From the NCBI GenBank assembly GCA_947371775.1, contig CANBQX010000001.1, forward strand, positions 1 to 53,403: a stretch of 53,403 nucleotides of DNA, read 5' to 3'. Both the position numbers and the translations under genes were made by a program. This DNA is from Comamonadaceae bacterium. Its GTDB lineage: Bacteria; Pseudomonadota; Gammaproteobacteria; Burkholderiales; Burkholderiaceae_C. This document shows positions 43,415 to 51,448 of the stretch, piece after piece. A model generated the notes under the pieces. It made no database searches. It was given only the letters and a program-made list of their open reading frames with translations, and was not told the origin of the DNA. The first letter of the stretch is position 1; the number at the start of each line of letters is the position of its first letter.

Positions 43415-44626
43415 ATGGAATTAAGCGGCAAACACATTGTTTTGGGACTCAGCGGCGGCATTGCCTGTTACAAGGCTGCCGAACTGTGCCGTGCGCTGAT
43501 CAAAGAAGGTGCGACAGTGCAGGTGGTCATGACCGAGGCCGCAGCCCAATTTATCACGCCCGTCACCTTGCAGGCCCTGAGCCAGCGCAGCGTGTACACC
43601 TCGCAGTGGGACGCGCGCGAAGCCAACAACATGGCGCACATCAACCTGAGCCGCGAGGCCGACGCCATTCTGATCGCACCCTGCAGTGCCGACTTTATGG
43701 CCAAGCTCCTGCACGGGCGGGCCGACGACCTGCTGAGCCTGATGTGTCTGGCCCGCCCCCGGGAGTCGGTGCCGCTGCTGCTGGCCCCTGCCATGAACCG
43801 AGAAATGTGGTCGCACCCGGCCACGGTGCGCAATGTGGCGCAACTGCGCGCCGACGGCTCTACGGTGCTGGACGTGGGCAGCGGCGACCAGGCCTGTGGC
43901 GAGACTGGCGACGGCCGCATGCGCGAGCCGGACGAACTCTTGCACGATGTGATTGCCTTCTTCCAGCCCAAAGCGTTGGCAGGACAGCGGGTGCTGATTA
44001 CCGCCGGCCCGACCTTTGAGGCGATTGATCCGGTGCGCGGCATCACCAACCGCTCCAGCGGAAAAATGGGCTTTGCACTGGCGCGTGCGGCGCAAGAGGC
44101 GGGAGCCGATGTCACTTTGGTGGCAGGGCCGGTGGCTCTGCCAACACCCAAAGGTGTGCGCCGCATTGACGTGCAAAGTGCGCAAGACATGCTGCAGGCC
44201 TGTTTGACACACGCGGACCATGCGGGTGTGTTCATTGCCACGGCGGCGGTGGCGGACTGGCGACCGGTGGTGCAGACTGCACAAAAAATTAAAAAGGACG
44301 GGTCGGGGCAGGTGCCCAGCCTGGCGCTCGAAGAAAACCCCGATATTTTGGCGACCCTGGCGCAGTCGGAGCGCGGTCGCAGCGGCGCGCTGTTTTGCGT
44401 GGGCTTTGCTGCCGAGAGCCACGATTTGCTGGCGCACGCCACAGCCAAACGCCTTCGCAAGGGCGTGCCGCTGTTGGTGGGCAATATCGGCCCCGCCACC
44501 TTTGGTCAAGATGACAACGCGCTCTTGCTGGTGGACGCACAGGGCGCGGTGGACATTCCCCGTGCCAGCAAATTGAGCCTGGCCCGCATGCTGGTTGGCG
44601 AAATTGCCCGGCGCCTGCACCCCTGA
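43415..44626 (+). CDS. coaBC: Phosphopantothenoylcysteine decarboxylase/ligase
   Basis: [48 protein letters not shown] and GFAAES. Confidence 0.96.
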   Translation: MELSGKHIVLGLSGGIACYKAAELCRALIKEGATVQVVMTEAAAQFITPVTLQALSQRSVYTSQWDAREANNMAHINLSREADAILIAPCSADFMAKLLHGRADDLLSLMCLARPRESVPLLLAPAMNREMWSHPATVRNVAQLRADGSTVLDVGSGDQACGETGDGRMREPDELLHDVIAFFQPKALAGQRVLITAGPTFEAIDPVRGITNRSSGKMGFALARAAQEAGADVTLVAGPVALPTPKGVRRIDVQSAQDMLQACLTHADHAGVFIATAAVADWRPVVQTAQKIKKDGSGQVPSLALEENPDILATLAQSERGRSGALFCVGFAAESHDLLAHATAKRLRKGVPLLVGNIGPATFGQDDNALLLVDAQGAVDIPRASKLSLARMLVGEIARRLHP

Positions 44627-44651
44627 ACCTCGAATACCTCATTTCAACGCT

Positions 44652-45098
44652 ATGAAACTTGACGTCAAAATTCTCGATCCCCGCCTGGCCGACCAGTTGC
44701 CTTCCTATGCCACACCGGGCAGCGCGGGCCTGGATTTGCGGGCGTGCTTGGAGGCACCGCTGACGCTGCAAGCCAATGCCTGGCAGCTGGTGCCCACCGG
44801 CATGGCGATCTACCTCAAGGACCCGAACTACGCGGCGCTGATCCTGCCGCGCTCAGGTTTGGGCCACAAACACGGCATCGTGCTGGGCAACCTGGTGGGT
44901 TTGATCGACAGCGATTACCAAGGGCAGCTGATGGTCAGTGCCTGGAACCGCAGCAGCACGGCCTTCACGATCGAACCGATGGAGCGCATTGCGCAGCTGG
45001 TGATCGTCCCGGTGGTGCAGGCTGAATTCAACATCGTCCACGAATTTGCCGCGTCTGAGCGCGGCGAGGGCGGTTATGGGTCTACCGGCAAGGCCTGA
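44652..45098 (+). CDS. dut: dUTP diphosphatase
   Basis: [22 protein letters not shown] and [10 protein letters not shown]. Confidence 0.97.
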   Translation: MKLDVKILDPRLADQLPSYATPGSAGLDLRACLEAPLTLQANAWQLVPTGMAIYLKDPNYAALILPRSGLGHKHGIVLGNLVGLIDSDYQGQLMVSAWNRSSTAFTIEPMERIAQLVIVPVVQAEFNIVHEFAASERGEGGYGSTGKA

Positions 45099-45119
45099 GG
45101 CGGACTTGCGACAACGCTA

Positions 45120-45653
45120 CTAGTGCAGCGGCGCGTCGCCGCGGTCCGCAGCAGGCAGCGCCTCGATGCGGAAAAATCCGGTGCCGGTCGAACCGCGCTC
45201 CAGCTCCTCTTCGGTGGCTTCGCGCACGCCTTCCACCCGCATGCTCAGGCGAATCGCAATACCCGCCAAAGGGTGGTTACCGTCCAGCACCACATGCTCG
45301 GGGTAGATATCGGTGACAGTGAACAGCGCATCTTTGGGCGCGGCCGGGTTGCAGCCTGCGGGCAGGGCGCTGCCTTCCAGCGTCAGGCCTACTTGCAATT
45401 CGGCGGGGAACAATGCACGAGGCTCCAAAAACAGGAGCTGGTCGTTGAAGTCGCCAAAGGCTTCCTCGGGTTCGATTTGGATTTGCAGTTTGTCGCCGAC
45501 ACGGTGGCCTTGCAGCGCCGCGTCGATGGCCGGCAGCAGGTCTTTGCCGCCGAGCAAGAACTCCACCGGCTCGTCCAAAACGTCCAATTCTTCCCCCAAA
45601 GTGTCTTGAAGGACCCAGGTCAAAGCGACCACGCAGTTGTCATAGATTTCCAT
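45120..45653 (-). CDS. FKBP-type peptidyl-prolyl isomerase (SlyD-like, no His-rich tail)
   Basis: PEEAFG, VLDGNHPLAG and VREATEEE; start placed at MEIYDN. Confidence 0.85.
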   Translation of the reverse strand: MEIYDNCVVALTWVLQDTLGEELDVLDEPVEFLLGGKDLLPAIDAALQGHRVGDKLQIQIEPEEAFGDFNDQLLFLEPRALFPAELQVGLTLEGSALPAGCNPAAPKDALFTVTDIYPEHVVLDGNHPLAGIAIRLSMRVEGVREATEEELERGSTGTGFFRIEALPAADRGDAPLH

Positions 45654-45709
45654 CGGACAATTGTCGCAGTTTCTCCGTATCCCAATTCTCTGCCCAGGAC
45701 CTACCGCAA

Positions 45710-46846
45710 ATGAACATTGACCAGCCCCTACAACTCCTGGGCGGACTGTCGCCTGCAACTTTTATGCGCCGCCATTGGCAAAAAAAGCCGCTGGTCATCC
45801 GCCAGGCGATTCCCGGCCTGACGGCGCCGCTGGATCGCGCCGAACTGTTTGACCTGGCGGCGCAAGACGACGTGCAGTCCCGCCTGGTGATCCAAACACC
45901 CGCCACACCGCTCAAGCCCTGGCGGCTCAAACAAGGGCCTTTTGGTCGCAAAAACCTGCCTGCACTCAAGCAAGCGGGATGGACGCTGCTGGTGCAAGGT
46001 GTGGATTTGCACGATGCGCGGGTGCGCGCCTTGCGCGACCAGTTCCGTTTTGTGCCGGATGCCCGTTTGGATGATGTGATGGTGAGCTACGCCAGCGACG
46101 GCGGTGGGGTGGGGCCGCACTTTGACAGCTACGACGTGTTTCTATTGCAAGCGCAGGGGCAGCGACGCTGGCGCATCGGGCGGCAAAAAAATCTTGATTT
46201 GCAGCCAGGTATGCCGCTCAAAATATTGGCCGACTTTGAGCCCGAACAGGAGTTTGTTCTCAACGCGGGCGACATGCTGTATCTGCCCCCGCGCTACGCC
46301 CATGATGGTGTCGCTTTGGGCGAGTGCATGACCTACTCCATTGGCTTTCGGTCTCCGGCGGCGGGTGAGCTGGCGCAGGAAATTTTGCAGCGCATGGCCG
46401 AGCAGGCCTGCGACGAAGTGGGTGACGCCTTGTACCGCGATCCCGCTCAAGCCGCCCAGGCGCAATGCGCCAAAATTCCAGAGGGTTTGGTCGCATTTGC
46501 GCGCCAAGCCTTGGATAAGTCACTGCGCGACCCGTTGGCGCTGCAACGCGCATTGGGCGAATACCTGAGTGAGCCCAAGGCGCAGGTGTGGTTCGAAGGC
46601 GGTCAAAACCAGGGTGACTTAGGTCAGGGTGTGCGTCTGGACCGGCGCACGCAAATGCTGTACGACGAAGCACATATTTTTATCAACGGGGAGAGCTTCT
46701 TGGCGCGGGGACAGGATGCCAAGGTGATGCGCACGCTGGCCGACCAGCAATATTTGACTGCCAAGGAGTTGAAGAAGCTCAGCCCGGATGCACGCGAGTT
46801 GCTGGATCAGTGGCTGGACGATGGTTGGCTGCAATCGGAGGTTTGA
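45710..46846 (+). CDS. roxA: JmjC/cupin ribosomal oxygenase (RoxA/YcfD-like)
   Basis: HWQKKP, WTLLVQ, GPHFDSYDVFLLQ, GDMLYLPPRYAH and YSIGFR. Confidence 0.85.
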   Translation: MNIDQPLQLLGGLSPATFMRRHWQKKPLVIRQAIPGLTAPLDRAELFDLAAQDDVQSRLVIQTPATPLKPWRLKQGPFGRKNLPALKQAGWTLLVQGVDLHDARVRALRDQFRFVPDARLDDVMVSYASDGGGVGPHFDSYDVFLLQAQGQRRWRIGRQKNLDLQPGMPLKILADFEPEQEFVLNAGDMLYLPPRYAHDGVALGECMTYSIGFRSPAAGELAQEILQRMAEQACDEVGDALYRDPAQAAQAQCAKIPEGLVAFARQALDKSLRDPLALQRALGEYLSEPKAQVWFEGGQNQGDLGQGVRLDRRTQMLYDEAHIFINGESFLARGQDAKVMRTLADQQYLTAKELKKLSPDARELLDQWLDDGWLQSEV

Positions 46847-47069
46847 GCGCTTTCCAAGCACCTTAATCAATAAGGAATTTTTGGGTTTTGGCACGAATTC
46901 GGTGCCAGTGGGTGCTGAAATGAGGGTTTACCCGCAAGCTGTATGCACCATCTTGTATACTTAGGGGCTCTGGCGAAATCGCTTTGTAAGTCTTTGTCAG
47001 GGTTTGGTCGGTTCGCCGCCCAGGCATTTTCCGGAAATTGTTTCGTTAACTTACTCTATTTTTTCAATC

Positions 47070-47240
47070 ATGAACAAAACTCTCATTTTGGCAGCTGTGA
47101 TCGCTGCTGCTGCCCTGGCTGCTTGCGGTAAAAAAGAAGAAGCTGCTGCTCCCGCCGCTGCACCTGCTGCCGCTGCTCCTGCTGCTGACGCATCTGCTGC
47201 ACCCGCTGCTGCTGCTCCTGCACCCGAAGCATCGAAGTAA
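47070..47240 (+). CDS. Small Ala/Pro-rich lipoprotein (56 aa)
   Basis: MNKTLILAAVIAAAALAAC (lipobox LAAC), then GKKEE and AAP repeats; GCT/GCA-rich codons; followed by a terminator. Confidence 0.85.
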   Translation: MNKTLILAAVIAAAALAACGKKEEAAAPAAAPAAAAPAADASAAPAAAAPAPEASK

Positions 47241-47251
47241 ATTCTTGATTG

Positions 47252-47285
47252 CGAAAAAAAACCACCGCAAGGTGGTTTTTTTTCG
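47252..47285. terminator. Bidirectional intrinsic terminator (lipoprotein/bamC)
   Basis: CGAAAAAAAACCACC-GCAA-GGTGGTTTTTTTTCG perfect hairpin. Confidence 0.9.
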
Positions 47286-47301
47286 TCTGTTGGGGGTTGA
47301 A

Positions 47302-48384
47302 TCACTTCAAGTCGTCGGCGAGTACTTTCACAATCTTCTTCGCAACCTCGGACAACTCCGGCGCGCCTAATTCGTTCAACACCGTTACGGTTGATTTGTC
47401 CCCTGTGCTACGTACGGAAATTTGATATTTCCCCGCATCGTTAGATTTTGATGCGCCGCCAAACAGTTTTTTGAACCAGCTGTCGTCACCGGTTTGGGTG
47501 TCCGAGCTCCTGTATCTCACGAAATACAGACCTTTGTTGCGGTCACGGTCTTCCACCGTAAAGCCGGTACGGTCTAAGGCAAGACCCACACGACGCCAAG
47601 CGCGGTCAAAGCCATCGGTAATGATCAATTCTGTCTGTCCGTCAACCGATGTCATGGTTGACGTCAGGGGTGCCTGGGATGCCGCGGCGACTTGGACCGT
47701 TTCTTGTTTGCTGGCACCGAGTTTGAGCATCAAACGCCGCAGAAATTCAGCCTCCAACTCCGAGTCGGATGCCCGTGGCTGCCATATCGTGCGCTTCTGG
47801 TCATCGCTGGCATACACCTCTTGCATGCCGCGGTGGGAAATGTAAATTTCGGTGCCACCGTCGGAACGGCTTTCCAAGCGGGTACGGTACTTGTCGCGCA
47901 ATGAGGTGGAATAAAGAGAATCTAAAACGCTACCCAGGTAGCGGCGGATCACGTCTTGCGGAATGTTTGCACGGTTTTCATTCCATTCGGTTTCCATGAT
48001 TCCCACATCGGCTTGGTCCATGCTCAGGGTAAAGCCGTTCTCTTGCCAAAAACTCTTCAAAGGTAGCCACAAACTCGCAGCACTGCGGTTGACGACCAAC
48101 CAGCGCTGGTTGCCAAGGCGTTCGACCCGAATATCGGCAATGGCGCCCACGGCCACGATCTCGGGGCTGGCGCTTGTTGTAGTTTTTGCCGAATTGGCGG
48201 CCGAGAAGCCACCATTGACCACCGAGTAACGCGTGTCCTTGGACAGCTGGGTTAAATCGGGCGGAACCGCCAATGACGGTGCCTTGATATTGGACTTGTA
48301 GTCCACTTTTTCACCGTCGAGCACCGAACACGCACTCAGTGCGACCGCGCCGGCCAAAACCGTTAATTTCAATGAAAAATTCAC
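47302..48384 (-). CDS. bamC: Outer membrane assembly lipoprotein BamC (NlpB/DapX)
   Basis: Lipobox LSAC, LAVPPDL, METEW and FDRAWRRVGLALDR; downstream of dapA. Confidence 0.9.
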   Translation of the reverse strand: MNFSLKLTVLAGAVALSACSVLDGEKVDYKSNIKAPSLAVPPDLTQLSKDTRYSVVNGGFSAANSAKTTTSASPEIVAVGAIADIRVERLGNQRWLVVNRSAASLWLPLKSFWQENGFTLSMDQADVGIMETEWNENRANIPQDVIRRYLGSVLDSLYSTSLRDKYRTRLESRSDGGTEIYISHRGMQEVYASDDQKRTIWQPRASDSELEAEFLRRLMLKLGASKQETVQVAAASQAPLTSTMTSVDGQTELIITDGFDRAWRRVGLALDRTGFTVEDRDRNKGLYFVRYRSSDTQTGDDSWFKKLFGGASKSNDAGKYQISVRSTGDKSTVTVLNELGAPELSEVAKKIVKVLADDLK

Positions 48385-48405
48385 AAGATGCCTTTGTATG
48401 GGGGA

Positions 48406-49299
48406 TTAAATTAAACCGGTGCTTTTCAGCAATTGCTCTAAACCGGGGCGATTGCCTTCGGTAAAAGGCGTCAGAGGCAGGCGGATCGCCTCTCCGCACA
48501 TGCCCATGCGGGACACAGCCCACTTCACGGGGATAGGGTTCGCTTCCACGAACAGACCTTTGTGCAGCGGCAGCAACTTGAACTGGATGTCCATCGCTTT
48601 GCGCACATCACCTGCAATGGCGGCCATGCACAGTTCGTGCATCAAGCGGGGTGCCACGTTGGCCGTGACGCTCACATTGCCGTGGCCACCGCACAGCATG
48701 AGTGCTACGGCGGTGGGGTCGTCACCCGAATAAATCGAAAACCCCTGGGGTGCTTCTTTGATGAGCCACTGCGCACGTTCAATATTGCCGGTCGCTTCTT
48801 TGATGCCAACGATGCCAGGTACTTGGGCCAAACGAATCACCGTTTCGTGGGCCATATCGGCCACTGTGCGGCCGGGCACGTTGTACAGCACCACCGGGAG
48901 GTCGACCGATTCGGCGATGGCCTTGAAGTGCTGGTACTGGCCTTCTTGGGTGGGCTTGTTGTAATAGGGAACGACCTGCAACTGGCAGTCTGCTCCGACT
49001 TTTTTGGCGAAATGGGCCAGCTCAATGGCCTCTTTGGTGGAGTTGGCGCCACAGCCGGCCATGATGGGTACGCGACCAGCCGCTTGTTCGACGGACACGC
49101 GAATGATTTCGCAGTGTTCGTCCACGTTCACCGTCGGTGACTCGCCGGTGGTACCCACTACGCCAATGCAGTCGGTGCCTTCGGCGATATGCCAATCGAT
49201 CAGGCGACGTAGCGCGGGGTAGTCCACGGCACCGTCGTCGAGCATGGGGGTCACCAGCGCGACGATGCTGCCCCGAATGGGAGTGAAAGAAGGATTCAT
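48406..49299 (-). CDS. dapA: 4-hydroxy-tetrahydrodipicolinate synthase
   Basis: [27 protein letters not shown] and NPIPVK. Confidence 0.97.
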   Translation of the reverse strand: MNPSFTPIRGSIVALVTPMLDDGAVDYPALRRLIDWHIAEGTDCIGVVGTTGESPTVNVDEHCEIIRVSVEQAAGRVPIMAGCGANSTKEAIELAHFAKKVGADCQLQVVPYYNKPTQEGQYQHFKAIAESVDLPVVLYNVPGRTVADMAHETVIRLAQVPGIVGIKEATGNIERAQWLIKEAPQGFSIYSGDDPTAVALMLCGGHGNVSVTANVAPRLMHELCMAAIAGDVRKAMDIQFKLLPLHKGLFVEANPIPVKWAVSRMGMCGEAIRLPLTPFTEGNRPGLEQLLKSTGLI

Positions 49300-49335
49300 G
49301 GGGCGCTTGAGCGTGGTTAAAAAGATGGATTTTAC

Positions 49336-49914
49336 CTAGAGCGGGTAATTTGCATGAACGTCTTGGGGCGCCTTTGCGCTGACCTTGCGAATGGCGGCAA
49401 TGCGCTGCACAAAGCGCGGTGGATTGGCCAGTGTGCCGTTTTCATAGGCAACGATCTGTAAATCAGCGCACACCTGCAGCAGTTCGCCGCTTTGTAGCAA
49501 AAAGTCAGGCCGACGGGGGCGGCCGACCGTTTCATTTCCCGAGGCAAAGGTTTCGTAAATGAGCACACCGCCCGGGGCCAGGCTGCCCAAAATCTTGGGC
49601 CAGAGCGGGCGCCACAGGTAGTTGGTGACCACCACCACACCAAACTGTCGCAGCGCGCTGGAGTCGCCGGGCGCTGTCAGCGGCCATGGGCCTGACTCGA
49701 TGTCTGCACAGACCCATTCAACGTTGGGCAGGCGCGCGCTGGCTGCCGAAATGTCGCGGTCTACCCCGGTGACAGGGTGGCCCTGCTGGGCAAACCAATG
49801 CAGATGACGTCCACTTCCGCAGGCCACATCGAGCACCGTGGTGCCAGGCTCCGCCAGATGAGACCAGCGTTGCACCCAGGGCGAGGCCGCGTCCAGCGCG
49901 TCGTGTGGCAGCAC
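49336..49914 (-). CDS. Class I SAM-dependent methyltransferase
   Basis: VLDVACGSGRH, NYLWRPL and GGVLIYETF. Confidence 0.85.
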   Translation of the reverse strand: MLPHDALDAASPWVQRWSHLAEPGTTVLDVACGSGRHLHWFAQQGHPVTGVDRDISAASARLPNVEWVCADIESGPWPLTAPGDSSALRQFGVVVVTNYLWRPLWPKILGSLAPGGVLIYETFASGNETVGRPRRPDFLLQSGELLQVCADLQIVAYENGTLANPPRFVQRIAAIRKVSAKAPQDVHANYPL

Positions 49915-50064
49915 CTAGAAACACGCCCACATTTGTTGGGCCAACTGCACCATGAAGTCTGGCCACGCGTACAGGCCAAACACTGCAGCCAAGACCGTGA
50001 TGCCAAGCGCAAATGCCAGTGCCTTGGCGATTTTCTGAGTCGGGGGACGGCCTTGCAGGGTCAT
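49915..50064 (-). CDS. Small single-TM protein (49 aa), not in the ORF track
   Basis: MTLQGRPPTQKIAKALAFALGITVLAAVFGLYAWPDFMVQLAQQMWACF*; fills the gap between the MFS stop (50072) and the methyltransferase GTG (49914). Confidence 0.7.
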   Translation of the reverse strand: MTLQGRPPTQKIAKALAFALGITVLAAVFGLYAWPDFMVQLAQQMWACF

Positions 50065-50071
50065 GGCGCGA

Positions 50072-51310
50072 TCAAGCTGAAGCAGGCACCAGACGCGGCG
50101 TGCGTTCGATGGGCGACTCTTTCACCGGCAAATTCACCAAGCCCGCAAATACACCCAGGGCAATCGCGATATACCAAACCACGTCATAGCTGCCCGTGCG
50201 GTCATAAAAATACCCACCCAGCCACACGCCCATGAAGGAGCCGACCTGGTGGCTCAAAAAGACAAAGCCGCTGAGCATGGACAGGTGGGCTACGCCAAAA
50301 ATTTGGGCCAGGGCGGCGTTGGTAGGCGGTACCGTGGAAAGCCACAAAAAGCCCATGACTGCAGAGAACAGGTACACGCTGCCGGGGCTCAGCGGCGCCC
50401 AGATGAAGAGGGCGATGACCACCGCCCGGGCGAAGTAAATAAAGGCCAGGATGTGGCGCTTGGGCAGGCGCTGGCCCAAGGCCCCGGCGGTGTAGGTGCC
50501 GAACACATTGAACAAGCCGATCAAGGCCAGGGCATAACTGGCCACCTGCGGCGACAGACCGTGGTCTTTCAGGTAACTGGGCATGTGTACGCCGATAAAC
50601 ACGACCTGAAAACCGCAGACAAAGTAGCCCGCCATGAGCAACTGGAAACTGCGGTACTGAAACGCTTCGCTCAGTGCGTGAAAAATCGTCTGCTCACGGG
50701 GGGCGCTGGCCTGGTTGCCTGCCAGGTGGGGTTCGCGCAGGCCCCAGGCCAGGGGGGCGATCAGCAAAGCGGCCATGCCCAAGACGCCCAGTGCGCCTTG
50801 CCATCCCACGGTAGCAATCAGCTGGCCTTCAATCGGCACCATCAAAAATTGACCGAAAGAGCCCGCGGCGGCCGCCATGCCCATGGCCCAGGATCGGCGT
50901 TCGGCCGGCACATTGCGTCCGATCACGCCGTAGACCACGGCATAGGTGGTGCCTGCTTGCGCCACCCCCAGCATCACGCCAGTGGAGAGCATCAACATCA
51001 AGGGGGTGTCGGCCTGCGACATGCCAAAGAGCCCCAGGGCATACATGACGGCACCCACCACCAGCACCCGGAAAGCGCCAAAACGGTCCGCCGCCATGCC
51101 CGCAAAAATGCCGGCAATGCCCCAGGAAATATTCTGGATGGCCATGGCCAGGGCATAGGTTTCGCGCGTCCAGCCGCGGGCCTGGGTCAGTGGCTGCATC
51201 CACAGGCCAAAGCCATGGCGAATGCCCATCGACAAGGTCACGATGGCAGCCCCACAGGCCAAAACCTGAAACAAGGACAAGGGTGGGCGGTCAGGGTGGG
51301 CGTTTTGCAT
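50072..51310 (-). CDS. MFS transporter
   Basis: 12-TM pattern, GMAADRFG motif A and GFVFLSHQVGSF; start placed at MQNAHP. Confidence 0.92.
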   Translation of the reverse strand: MQNAHPDRPPLSLFQVLACGAAIVTLSMGIRHGFGLWMQPLTQARGWTRETYALAMAIQNISWGIAGIFAGMAADRFGAFRVLVVGAVMYALGLFGMSQADTPLMLMLSTGVMLGVAQAGTTYAVVYGVIGRNVPAERRSWAMGMAAAAGSFGQFLMVPIEGQLIATVGWQGALGVLGMAALLIAPLAWGLREPHLAGNQASAPREQTIFHALSEAFQYRSFQLLMAGYFVCGFQVVFIGVHMPSYLKDHGLSPQVASYALALIGLFNVFGTYTAGALGQRLPKRHILAFIYFARAVVIALFIWAPLSPGSVYLFSAVMGFLWLSTVPPTNAALAQIFGVAHLSMLSGFVFLSHQVGSFMGVWLGGYFYDRTGSYDVVWYIAIALGVFAGLVNLPVKESPIERTPRLVPASA

Positions 51311-51398
51311 CCTCCAAATATAGCGAAGTAATAGGGATTGCGTGGTCACCAAGGGAAAAGTTGCCTGGGAACGGCAGGGGCCAGCCTGGTTCATAATG

Positions 51399-51414
51399 CT
51401 GTGGTTTCGTACAG
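51399..51414. promoter_or_regulatory. LexA (SOS) box CTGT-N8-ACAG
   Basis: CTGTGGTTTCGTACAG, 34 nt upstream of the parE ATG and overlapping the expected -35 of a TACAAT -10 (51435-51440). Confidence 0.7.
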
Positions 51415-51448
51415 TAAATTGCGTCTTGCAGGTCTACAATCGCTCTCT

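Noticed and set aside
47149-47225. GCT/CCT-rich simple repeat as a non-coding microsatellite
   Set aside because: It is the coding sequence of the Ala/Pro lipoprotein
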